Position numbers and translations under genes: made by a program
The notes under the pieces: model-generated
Database searches by the model: none
What the model was told of the DNA's origin: nothing
Seen by the model: the letters and a program-made list of their open reading frames with translations, nothing else
Shown: one piece after another, positions 27,700 through 41,700 of the stretch
How positions within the stretch are numbered: position 1 is the stretch's first letter
Layout of the letters: each line of letters begins with the position of its first letter
NCBI RefSeq assembly: GCF_000150275.1
Contig: NW_002060980.1
Span: 158,962 to 222,961, forward strand
Length of the DNA: 64,000 nt
Source of the DNA: Trichoplax adhaerens
Lineage: Eukaryota; Animalia; Placozoa
Direction: 5' to 3'

Positions 27700-29040
27700 C
27701 CCTTGTATATTTTACCTAAATTAGACCCCGTGGATATCGACTGGTTAAGCTATCGATTGCAAGATAGCAAGCATAGCGAATGAGATGATGACCTATGCGT
27801 ATATTTGCATCAATGCTAGTTGCTATTTTGACATGTTAATTCGAAGTTATCAGACCAGTTTGTATGGGAGATTGTAGGGAGTTGGCATACGTTAGATTCC
27901 TATCCTTGCCAAATCTTAGGTAAAGTAAAATGGGATTTATACACGTATATACCTCATGCTTTATAGTGAAAGAGATGACTTAAATTGAAAGATTCAAATA
28001 AAGAAGCGCTCGGTATGAAATGATGGAAAAACTTTCACCCTGACATTCTTCATGGTAACTTGGATAACTGAACAAAATATGCATTGCTATTCTTTGTTGA
28101 AAATCAATATTTTTTAAATTGAAAAATTTTATTACTGTATTAGTATTATACTATTGTACTTTGTAGGAAAATAATTTTCACTGACATTAGTAAGAGTGCA
28201 ATCATTCAATAAACAGAGTAGAATCTTTTTATTAAAATTAGAAATGGCATGATCATTGACCTAAGAAATTATAAAATATTTTACCTTATATTATAATCTT
28301 GAATGATTAGGAAAAAGATCGCAGTAAATATTCATAACAGCTTTTTTAAGCGATAAGTCGGTGTTTATAGTCGGTATGATTGGGATTAATATCGTGGTTA
28401 TTGAGTCTAATTTGCAATGGAATAGTACTATGAAAGAAATACTTTTTCGATTTTCATTAATGATAATTTCGATTTCGTTGTATCACAATTTAATAATAAT
28501 ATAAGCATTCTATTGAAAAATCGTCCAGAAATAAAGTTATTCGGTGAAATACATAATAATACGTTTATAAATCATAATCAATTAGAATGCTTATTGCTAA
28601 GATTAGTGCATGCCGTACATCGCTGAATTTCGAAAGTAGCAAGAAATTATACATGTACAATTTTTTATGATATTGTTACTGTAGATTTATTGCTTTGATA
28701 TTCTATATTAACTATAAGATTCATTGTGTAATACTAATACATAAATTCTTAAAATTGTTCTAGATGGCGGTTACTAACATTTATCTGCCTTAGTGACAAG
28801 CAACATTGCAGCCTACATTAGATGGTCGTCATCAAAATCTCGTCGCGAAGTAAAAACCATATCTACTCCACACCCTGAATCTAAGTCGCTACCATTTGGT
28901 GTAGTAATCGCATTCATTAGCGTAGGAGCAGCTATAGCATGTACCTTAGCAATTGGAAACGACTATTACGCATACTCAATTAATTAAAGAGCCCAGAATG
29001 GAGTGGTTACTATCCCATAAAACCTACTGAAGATCAATAA
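27700..29040 (+). pseudogene. UPF0764/C16orf89-like pseudogene (copy 5, most like copy 4)
   Basis: SDQFVWEIVGSWHTLDSYPCQIL with a donor after 27919 matches exon 2 of copy 4. The last exon from 28764 reads DGGY*HLSAL..YIRW.., then a TM and an out-of-frame GYYPI tail. No large exon 3 was found. Confidence 0.75.
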
Positions 29041-29728
29041 TATTGTTGTTGTGAAAAGTTATTTTCGATCTGATATACTAAATTTACTCACGTATTGATA
29101 ATGCTATGTTGTATTTTAATGTTTAAATTATCTAAAGCTAAATATATATATATGTAAATTCGGGTACTAGATACCAATACTGTATTAGGTGTAAAGAGGA
29201 ATATTAAATTATGGTGTAGTCATAATTTGATTTATTCTTTCTATATAAATGACGGAGTATCAAGAATATGCTACGTTCTTACAGTATATTATAACATTGC
29301 AATATCTGATGTGCCATGATAAGAAAAATAGTTAGTCATTAATGTAATTCTTTACACAGGAAATTTTTATTCACAGGTATAAACTTTTACACCGTAGTCA
29401 ATGAATGAATAGTAGTAGTAGTAGTGTGATTTTGTTGCCGCAAGGATTGTACACCATCGTTACTTCAAAGGTTCACTACGAGTAGTGTTGTCTAAATATG
29501 TACCAAATATATATGGCATATAGATAAACAACAGGGCATAAACTTCATCAAATTGCCCTAATAGCAACCTCAAACAACAATCAATATACATAAAAAGTTA
29601 AGCTTTACACCCGATGCTACATATACAAATATACTTTAACATCGCGAGTTGACGAAAATTGCACTTAGTAATATACGTAATCGAAGAGCATCATCCTATA
29701 ATGTGCTCAACTTATTCTTAATACTGAA

Positions 29729-32700
29729 CTAAACCCACGCTTGCCAACCGTGAAATAATTTTGATAAATTTTTAGGTTCTCTCGCTTCATGAATTAGATG
29801 ATTAACTTGCCCGCTAATACTTAATACGATACCATTTTCTGTACCGTTTAATTTTTGTCTAACGCGTAAAAGTGCTCGTTCAGCCATTTTATTTCCAGAA
29901 GATTTATCTTGGGTAGTTTTATCTCCACGTTTATAATAATCAAGTAATTCTTCATCACCAGAAGGCGTGCCAGACGAATCTTCATTGCCAGTGTTCTCCG
30001 TCGATCCATGATCTTTGCTACGCCGGCGTTGTAGCGCAATTGCTTTCAATGGACTAATATTCCAAGCGTATAGAGGATCATATAGCAAAACTTCTAAAAT
30101 AGTTAGTAAGGAATCTTGGGAATGACGCATAACTGCCATTGTCTTTTCACAGCATCGACGAAATACACCTTCAACTCCAGTTATACCCATACCATCTACT
30201 ATATCTCGAGTTAAACGAAATGGGACAGTCTCCGGTGTAGGTAGTACACGTCCTTGCTCGAATGCAATACCAAAATCAATGTGAATTAACTCTGCTGTAG
30301 TTCGGTCGACCAGGATATTTTGTACATGGCGATCACCAAGCCCGACAACGTAACCAACAATTGAAGATGCTGCTACACTTCTTGTATAGGCTAAACGCCT
30401 TTCAAACCATTCAACAGGATTTAAAAAGTTTTCGAAAAAGAAGTGACGAAATACCGGATGAAAATGATCGGTAATTTCATGATAAGAATGAAGTTTATTT
30501 GTTGAATTTGCAAGCTTTCTCTTACAATCCATCGAAGCCCAATCCTTTGGGTTATAACGCTTATGTGCACCATGAAGTTTAATATCAGATCCACCTAACA
30601 AATATTGACCTATAGGTTGAGTATTTTCACACCATTCAACGATACCAGAACGTTGAGATAATGGAATTACCTACAGTATTAAAAATTTTTTAAATTACTT
30701 TCCATATTTTATGAATGTACTACGAGCGTATTACGCCCATAAAGGAAAACAATAAAAATTGACATCATTTGAGTTTATGTGAGAAATATAAGAAAGGTTA
30801 TCCGAAATATTTTTTCAACAATATGTGCACTAATAACGTACAATTCCTACTCTGTTTCATTTTTGTGAACATCTTAAATTCATTACTATGACCCTATGAG
30901 CCATAATGCTGTTATCAACTACTGGCATGTCAAAATTAGCATGGTGACTAAGATGTGGTTTTTACATATTGTGCTCTAATGACTGTAGTTGCAATTAGAT
31001 TAATTACATCAAATGAATTAAAATGTACTGCTTAAAATATTAGTGCAACTAAGTTCAACGGCAAGAGTACTACTGTACTCTGATATAGAATAGATAGCAA
31101 TATTGCGATAATCTAATGCATTTAACTTACTTTATACGTTCTTATTCGGAGCTTACGCTTCGACGCTTCGACGTCACTTGATAGTAAGATATTAACTAAA
31201 CAAAACACTTGCTGCATAACAGCATCCTGTCGTAAATCATCTTTGCCTTTGACTAATTGTTGTCTTGTTACTCCATCTGTACCAATACAACTTATTATCT
31301 TTGGTAAGTTAATGCCACCAACCAGGCGAAAATGGCTCTCAATTTGTTCAATGTAAATGACATTTTCATATTCACATGTAGGGTCAATTTTGATATCACA
31401 GGTTAACATTGGCGCTTGGTGACTAGCATTAATTTTAAGTAATGCTAAATCAGATGGAATTGGAACTGATGTCCGCATATACCTATATTGATGAGGTACT
31501 TCAGAATATGCTAGTTCAATGTATGCGTTGCAAAGTCCTTCTAACGTATCAATTAAGTTTCCAATTTTACTAAAACTCAATCTAGCAATCATATTCCTAG
31601 CAGCATCGGTCAGTTTTTGATCAACTAGTAAGCTATCGCGTTTATTAGTATTTGACCGTGCTTTAAGACTTTCGCTTGAATTTTTACTCAAGCTGTCGCC
31701 TATATAAGTAAAATCTTTTTTTGCGTTGCTTAGTGCTAATATCACTGGTAAAGTATGAAACGGGTGTTCTTGCGCAGTGCGAAAGATAATTTGATTAAGG
31801 CTATCAGTAAATAGTTTTTCTGCCGTAGAACTACCCATTCTAGCTGCTAGTTGATACATTAATGGAAGAAATTTCTTTGATTGTATTTTTAGTTGTTCTT
31901 GACCAATAATTTCGTTGATATTGTGGTACTGCCAGTTTTCAAACCATAATGAGCATAAGCGAAATACACGCACATCATGATCGTCACCAAATTGTAAGCA
32001 ATGAATGTAATTAGTAATTGCAAGTTTTAGAAATTTGATTTTGTCATCAAGCAATTGCTTCTCTTCCGATTCGTCAATTCTACTTTGTATTTCTAACAAT
32101 TTCTTATATCGTCTAGCATTATCTTGTGTATTAACGCTCTTTGTGCCTTTTAGTAATTCTAAATCAGATTTGGATTGGCGAATCAAGTGCTTTTTTTCTT
32201 CAAATTCATTCGATTTTAAATAAGTTACAATTTTTTGATATTGTGCATCAGCATAACAACCTAGCGATAAAAATGCATCAATAGAAATACTTTGCATTTC
32301 TTCGATACTATTTTGTAATAGCTGTATTGATTTACTTAAGTAATTTTCAATAATATTGTTTGGATTTTCGGAATAACTGTCTCCCAGCCATTTGCCGTAC
32401 AGACCTAATGCACGACAATACAATGCTTTAACATTGTTGTCATTATAACCATTTGATTTCTGTTGCCGTTCTATATCACTAATTAAACTCTGTATAATGC
32501 ATTTACAAACATCTTGTTCACCTTTAGCCCAAAATAACTGTGATTCTTCCAATTGGCAATGCCAATTACTGCAGATATCTACTTTATCTTGGTTGTACTT
32601 AATGAGTAATTGCTTCCAACGAAATAAGACATTTTCTGCTAACTGATATCGACCAGCTTGTCGCGCCAACTTTGCATACATTTGTAGGTGTTTGGTTAGA

Positions 32701-35700
32701 GCGTTTAATATCGGCGCTACTTCAACTTTATATTGAGGATTACTGATATTGTATTGTGGATAGTTAGATGCAAGTATTAAATTTAGCGAAGTACAACGAA
32801 GTGTAATGATTGGCTCTATTAAACTGAAGTCGCTTTTAAGGTTATGAGTCGATAATCTTTGATCCCATTCCTTAAACAAATCAGCTAAGTCTAATCCGTC
32901 AAATATGTAACGGCCAAATTCTTCCAACTCTAGTAGCTGTTGTAATTTCATCATTGAATCATACATTCGAGTAATACTTTCTAAACTGTTTTCACTAATT
33001 TCCTTCATAATACCTGATCTTGATTTCTTTATTAAAGTGGTTAATGTTAATTCATCTTTATCATCAATAGCACGGATAGACTTATACAAGTTACAGTGGA
33101 AACCGTCGGTTGGAATTAATTTTTGAGTATCTAATGAAATTTCAGTCCAACAAGTTGAACGCCAAGCATTTTCATATAGATATTCAGAAACTTCTGAAGA
33201 TTTATCCGGGTACCTAGTTAATAATGTAGTCAAGCACATTTCCATGGAATGGTATAGCCCTGCGTTTCTCATAGAATCAATTAATGTTAAGTCATGTAAT
33301 TCATTCGATGGCCTTGCTGCTGAAGGATATTTAATCGCATATTGTGATTGAATATCGTATACACTTAATGCTTGATTCCACTTGTCTTCATGTCGATACA
33401 TTTCTACTCTACCAGCTAACGATGCTAGATGTTGTGATTCAATGCCGTAAACATAATCGGGCTCACCAATATTGCTATAGGCTTTCGTAAGTAAAGAATG
33501 ATAATTTGTTTCATCCAATTCTTCATCCTCATCCCTATTGGTAAAATCGATTAGTTGAGCTAGAAATTTTATAATTTATCTCAGTAAACCATTCTTGACT
33601 GTTGCTATTATGTACAAAGCTAGTAATGATTGACAGACGTACAACATACTATAACAGTATATTATAGTATGTCACTTACAATTCTTGACGATAATTGTGC
33701 CATATTTCAATGTATAAAAGAGAAGTATAATAAGCATCGCAACTTTGTGCGACACGAGCTAAATCGAGAAAATTTAAATCTAACCAAAAGTTATTTCCCC
33801 ATGGAGTTTTCGATCTAAAGTAGTAGCAAAATAAGACATTAGTTTCTAGGCTTAAACTTGGTTAGATAACCAGTGTTGCGAACAATGCACAAAGCTTTGA
33901 ATCATCATGAAAAGAGTATATTGAAACAGCGATTACAATATGTTCTTACCCAGGTTTTTCTTGCGTTCGTAGGTAATTGATCATATCTAAGATTGCTTTG
34001 TAGGATTCCTTGTTAGAATTACTCACTACTTTTGTACTATCGCTCTGTGAATTTTTGACGACATTATAGTCGTTACTAACACCTTTAACATTAGCTTTAG
34101 ATAAAAATGTTTGCAAGGAATGTGAGAAAATAGCTCGTGCGTCATGACCAAAGGATGAAACAATATCTTTAACTAAATATGGAAAGCTAAATTCAGCAAA
34201 TTCTGCCTATTTACAAAATAAAATTAAGAACGAAGGGGAGAGCATAAGGATAACACACTTGCGATATATTGGAGGAGATATATGTTAGCACTCACTTCGA
34301 GAGCATAAAGGGAACCCAAACGTTGTAAGATAGCATCTTGAGCACAACTTGCTAGCTCACTTGTCAACTGTACAATCCATTCAGAATGAGGGATGGACAG
34401 TTTAGAGTCAAAAAAACGACGAACAACCCGATTCAGAGCACTTAATTGATAGTCACTATTAGGGCTATCTATTGAAGTACTTGGTGCAAGCTAGGTATCA
34501 CAAGCAAGAAAGGAATTAAGAGTGCATCAATAACTGTCATAGCTCTAGTTCATCATTATTTTAATACAGCCAATTGTAAATATGCCACTACGTGTCAATC
34601 TTTACTAATTACTAGCTGATATCCTGCAGTATATGCCGCTAAATACTCCAAGCTGCTATTACATACCATATCAGTAAACGGCGTTAAATACAAATTTAAC
34701 CCGTAATGATGAAGCCGACTAGATACAAGAAGCTCTTTACATTTTGGTAAGGATAAAATTGATTTCAAACATTTCGATGCCGCTTGGACGATCTTAACAC
34801 TAACGTAAATAAATTGTTTAGTATAAATATGTTGATAGACAGTATTCGAAAAAATCAATGTAATTTCACGTACTCGTGATTTATAAGAAAATTGGATAAG
34901 TAATTTAATAACATAACAGTTCGCTTTTCTTCATCGTGAGATGAATTAACTTCCAGTTCATAAGACTCTATTTCGAAAACAGATATCGAGATGATGATAT
35001 CTACATCCTTTCAAATGTTTTTAGAAGTATATCAGAAGCATTGATATGATCTAATTTCAATAACTTACTTTTACATGAATTTAAGGCAACAGGATTTAAG
35101 CTGACTGCACCTAACTCTCCCAAACATCGACTAGCCTCTTCCTGGATCTGACAGCTAATGTCAGATACATTGGTCGAGAAGAGATTTGTCATTTCTGAAC
35201 TTCGATTAAGTTGTAGTAGCTTGTGAATTACTTTGGCTAACAGTTGATCTGTTATTAAAGAAGTCAGTCATGATATGGTACGATTAAGAAATAATGTAAC
35301 ATAATCTGTACATCATTATCCATTGATTTAACAATACGAGCGCATTTAGTATAATATGCATTCAGATTAAATTAACTTGAAAAGATATTAAGGAAGCAAA
35401 TCAACTTATCTGACCGTATTCAGGACTGTCTAACTTGACAAAATCGTTCCTGGATCTTTCTAATAATTTCTTAATAAAGCGAATTCCATCAAGTCGATAT
35501 GCAGAGGAGGTATAACTGCTGCCGTCCGCTAAAGATTCAAGTTCCTTACAGTAAAAGATCACCAATAACTTTAATAACTCCGCTCCATTTAAAATATGGT
35601 GATAATTACGTATTACATAATTACAGGAAACTCTGGAAGATAACTTAATCGGGTAATACCTACCTGTAATAATGATACAGATTCACGTTTATCTTTTTGT

Positions 35701-38700
35701 ATGTTAATTAGTTCTGTAAACGAAGATAGTTTAGGCAAAAGATCCAGTGATTTCAACGCTTCTATATATTCACATGGCCTTTCATTATCGCTAATCAGGT
35801 AGTTGATCATTCCTTTTGCCTTTAGTAGATAAACAGATTGAAGGTATTAAGTCGATGTTAAATAGTACAAACTTATTAAAATATTACATTTTTTCCAACT
35901 GCATCCTGGCGCTCAGCTATTGGTACCAATGTAGTAATAACCACTTGCAAATGCTGGCTAAATTCCTTCATTTGATTTAATTCGGTAGAATGATGACTTT
36001 TGTTAGCGACAGTGATCATTTTACTATTAGCAACATGAGTTTAATTAATTTTGTTAGTCGCTACCGTTGGTAACTTCTTTAATCCAGCTTCACACACAAG
36101 TTTTAACAGCTCTAAACATCCATTTATTATATCATCTTCGTATGCATTAATCACTAATGGGAACAGATATTAAACACCTAGCAGTTAAGTTAGAGGTAAC
36201 TGAAACCTTCGGATATGCAGCATTTAAAATTGTGACTCTAATTATTATTATAATATACCTTTGAGGTACGTAACTTACCTGCCTTCGTTGAGTTATTGCC
36301 AACATCAATTATTCTTTTTTTACAAGGTTTGCTCATGGTTCGCAATAAAGTAAATATAATATCTCTTAAAATGAAGGCTGCGTTATTTCTGAATCCATTT
36401 GGAAATTCTTTAAGTAACAGTTGTACAAACAGCCGATACATACACAGCTCTCTTCGTCGTTCATAGACAAAGTGTGCTTTATCCAAACGCATTGCTAGAG
36501 ATAATAGTACGCTTTGTATCCCATCCTTTAACAATTTAATTATCATATTACTTTCTAACAATCTTTCAACTATAGTTAATTATACATATACGCATGTATA
36601 TATGGGTGTACAGATGGCTCAATCTTATACTACAGTATTAATGAATAATCTGTTTGATTTATCTCTAAAGTTTGTTAGGTAATGATAATTTCAATATCAA
36701 TGCAATTAGTGACTTACTTTAGAATTTCCTAATAATGATACTAATATGGACTTGTCAGTTTTCCTCTTTAGCCAGTAGTTAACAATATAATCCAAGGTGT
36801 CTCTGATAGTGTAAGCAGTATAGTATGGAGGATTTGGTTCAGGATCGTCATCCCTAAAATAGAAAGAAAGAATTTAAATTCAATATTTGAATTATCACAA
36901 AATGTTACTTTATATAATTGTTTTTCATAAAGTAATGATAAAGAAAGAGACAATAGTATAAGCTTACAGCAAAGGATCAGCATACATGATTAATAAACTC
37001 AGTGATTCAAAAATAAAACAAAAATATAACGATTGAGAACTAAAATTACCAATAGGCAATAACCGTAATGTATTATGTTGGCGCTACCGAATTCATTAAA
37101 GCACTTTGTAAATAACTGTTGGTAGCTAATTTACACTTACTTTGTAAATCGGGCGGTGTCTGATGGTTCACTAGGAGTTTCATACAAACATGACAACAGA
37201 TTCACGACTATATCATCGATTTTTTGGCAGACAAGCTTACGAACAGTCTATAAGGAATATGTGAGCATAACGTAAGAATAATCTAAATTTGAACTATTTA
37301 TACGAGTAAAACGTAATAAATTAACCAGAGTATTTTTAAGGCTTTTAAAAACAGTCAAAGAAATTCGCTACTAATTTCCTGATACTAAAACCTACATCTT
37401 TACTAAGTAGCTGTTCTATAATATGGTAGCTAGTCAAGGCTTTCCTAGCTAAACTACTCTCGATTTCGGTCTTAGGTGTACTCTTTTCGTCGGAAATTCC
37501 CAAACTAGGAAAAATAGAAACCACGCAGTACGAAAAACAACGAGAAACAACTTCTTCAATATTTTGCCGAGCAATTTGGACGACCGTCTTTAATTGCGAA
37601 GAATCACCATTAGCTATTATCCTTGGAATAAGCTCTAATTGATATTCCCTATTGAATAATTCATATAATATGCATTTACCTTACTAGTAATTAGGAATTA
37701 GTATGCACTATTGATATACTCGACTAAAACTTGGCTCTTACTGTATAAATCTTTGCATGTCTAGTTCTTTGAGGCTCTGATCAGATAAGCCCAATAATTG
37801 AAATGGAAATTCTAATACTTTTAAGTTTTCCTTAAGCCATCGATGAATAATATATCCAAGATGTGGGCGTAGATAACGATCTACTCGTTCATAATTTAAT
37901 GACTGTGCAACACGTGTAAGGATCTATTTATAACATAATTACGATGTCATTAATTTTGACAAGCTCATTCTTGTGGTAATAGTGTTAATTACCATTACCT
38001 TATAAATGATGTCTAAGTAATGTTTACTGTTTTGTGCAATTCGAAAGATAAGAAACAGTGCTTTTTTTTCGCATACTGCAACATTAATAGCAATAGTAGC
38101 TAGGGTTGCTAACACACTGTGTGTTTTATTATTAGTTAAGTCATGATGAAGATCACCAGTATCACTATCTGAGCGATTAGATTCCTAGTCAATAAGTAAA
38201 TAGCGCAAATTAAAGCAAGGCCAAATCAAGAAACTAAGGCGCTCTACATAATAACTGACCTTGAAATTAATCAGCTCCAATATTGTCGCTTCGACTTCAT
38301 CGTATATTTTTTGTTGTTCTACCTTTGGCAATTGTGAACAAACTTCGGTCTTATTGTTTGACCTAAAACATTTTTCGAACTTGTACTTTGCAAAAACGGA
38401 CGCCAAAGATGTTGATACGAACATTCTGACTTCATGATCGTCGTCACCAAGTAAGGTTAAATACATTTCCTTGATCGATTTGTCTACATGTATTATACAA
38501 TTTATTAAATTTTTTGTACGAGTAATATTATAATGTATCGAAAAGTATTTATTTCATCGATATTTCGATATCACTAAAGGTATATAATTGTAGCAATAAT
38601 ATAACGGTGAATAAGGTATTTAGGATTGCCTTATTACCTGCTGCAGCAGCATCAGTAATTTGGTTGCAACACTGTGAGCTTGAATTAATCTATATTATAG

Positions 38701-41700
38701 GAAAAAATTTTAGTATCGTAAGGCGGTTTCATGTATAAATTGTTACCTTTCATAACGAGTGCACCATAAATAAAATTTTTTTTTCAATATTAAAGTTATT
38801 AATTATTAAATAGATAAGTCGCTAACCTTAATGTACTGTAAGAGACATTTTGCAAATTGAATTTTGACGTTTGTGCTATAAGATCTTTTATAGCTTGTAG
38901 CAGACAGTAACTTCCTATAACAAATAATTATTATATAGTTATGTATTATTTAATAAGAACGCTACATACAAGAAAGGAAATATTACCAAAATGCGGTTAA
39001 GATAGTGCAACAAATCTCTCTACAGGAATCCACAATTCTTTTATTGCAGTAATACTTTAAAGGCATAAAGTGTTGCGATAAGGAGTGAAGCATCCTCAAT
39101 CCTTCTACACATATAATATTATCCCATTTATTGTTTCTTATAATTGCCAGTAAAAGTTCTAACAACACTTGAAGATCTTCTGCAGGGAGGTCGGAGTCCT
39201 TAAACGCTAGGATGTTGCCACATTTAAAAAACTACGTGTATGATGAAGTTACGTTAGGTATGATATTAGTAGATAGTATGTAAGCCAGAAAAACGAATAT
39301 ATTAACTAATAATTTTATAGTTAGCAAACCAATTGCAAGTCCACCGGTTTTCTGATGCATTCCAATGGAGTCTGTCATGAATTCGAGATCAATTTTAGGT
39401 TAATATCATTAAATTACTCTATGTTCATGCTATGTTAAAGCAAATACTTTATTAGATATCTGACATAATGTCAAACTTAGAGGTACCATGTACCTGTCTT
39501 GAGAGAATATCTTTCAATCTTGGATTATACAAGGTATGCAAAACTTTACTATCAATTCTTAAATCTGCACTTATGGGTATATTATTATTTCCTGACGATG
39601 AATTGTAAGAGTAAGCCTTTGATAGAAATTCAGCACAAGCAATTCTTTCTCTTTCTAAACGATTTATGTTCTCAAGCCAAGGATTTTGACGGTCTAGAAG
39701 CGAAAATTATTTTCGTAAACTCGATCAATTTGATAATTAGTTGACTTTAAAATTAATATAAATCCATTTAAGTTAAGTAACATTCGATACCAGAGTTCAC
39801 AAGCGCCGGAATGCTTTTATTTCGACTAGCCGGTTGGCCTTCTATATCAAATTCATCACTACTAAGGTTAGTATTTCTTAATTTCGTCCCTTCATTTTGC
39901 TGTAATACGAGGTCATTACTTAGTATAAAGCAAGGCGATGAAAGGCTAATACAATCGTGCGATTACCATATGATTTAATGACTGTTAAGTAAAACATTTA
40001 TAACAGCTGCAACATTTGTAGCTGATATCTGTCTAAGGTACCTTTCCTTCTAGTATTTGGAAGAGTAAGTTGAGGAGCGATTCAGGAAATACTTCTCGTA
40101 ACAATGTAAAACTAAAAGACAATCGAGACGTTCGCTATAAAAGGAAATGAGACTAAGTTTAGTGTTAATTTGTACGTGATACAAAAAGCTTTCGCCTTCA
40201 TGTCTTACCTCACTTTCCGAAATTGTTGACTTGAATAAGTTCTCGCAAGGAAACATTTTTATTAATATTCGCAAAAACTTAGTCAGAAAGGAGTCCTCAT
40301 CCTTATAATTAATGCTGCTGGTGCTTGTTCGTATACTCTGATTAATAACGGTTAGCGATAGCTGCAGCATTGTCTACAGACGAATAAAAGGAAGTTATAT
40401 AATTATAATTATTGTTGGTAGTAGATGTAGCGTGCACAATTTATGGTAAGAAAATATAAACGTGAGCAATATTTAACAGCAAACGGTAGTAGCCTCATAC
40501 ATTCATGCTCTGAAAGGTATCGGAATTGCGCAGTTCAGATTCACTGATATAATTGCTTTGAATTAGACTGTAAAATATTTTTGATATGATACAGCAATGC
40601 CATGCTAATCCAACTAACAGTATTTCGCTAGATTTACTTTTCATGGAAGTTTTCTGCAGGTTAAAGGTGTTAGACTCATAATTAAAAACATGTTTTAAAG
40701 ATGTTATATTATCATCAGTAACTTGTTAAAGAATACCTACATCGATCTCAATAAAATGTGAAAATTCGTTGATTCTCTTAGTACTTTGATTCAATAGGTC
40801 TAATAGATATTTGACTAGATTTTTAGCGCAAGTTCCATTTCCGATAGGTGTGCAGCTAAATGAAATACATAGAATTAACTACTTATTTAAGTATATCTCC
40901 TAATAACAAGAACCAATTATACACATATAGTCGCCTGCATGTAAATCTCTCAACGGATTAATTTAAATACAGCTAGGCTTGCTAGATCTGGAATGGTATA
41001 TATGCATACTTCGTAGATTTATTCTTATTTTCTTCCTGTCAAATTATAAATAGATAAACATAAAGAACATTTCTTGCTAAGTTAGAAACAAGTACTGATA
41101 AAGACAAATAAATTGAAATAACTAATTAATTCTATCATTTAAACTAGATTTGTGATGTTTTAAATGGCTAAGTATCAGTCATTTCATGCAATATATACCG
41201 CGTTTTTTCTAAAAGATTGGTAAACTTCTCGTATTTCAGTTAGTCGTAAATCACAATCATCCATAGAAGAATCATGGTCAAAACTTCTACATGAAAAATA
41301 ATCATCTTCGGTTATGTAACTGCTGCTATTAAGTAGTAGCAAGACTTTAACAACTATAACTATACGAACATGGACGATCATAAAGTCTTCCTTGATAAGT
41401 ATACAGATCGTCGTTGAAATTACCATAACTGTCACTTTATCCTAATTCGTTTACGTACATATTTTCTAACGCGGGAAGTAAGCCAACTTGACGCCGTGTA
41501 AGAGCAATCAGAATATTGCTGATAATTTCAGGGTTAATCCTAAATCTGTGCATTTATACCTATCATTTTCATATCTACAAAGCTACAGGTGTGGTAAGTA
41601 AGAACTCATAAACAGACCTTTGAAGCACTTGTCTTAATTTTGGATATACGGTCGTAGTACCATCATCATTAAAATCGTCATTGTCTATGAAGGGTAGTAA

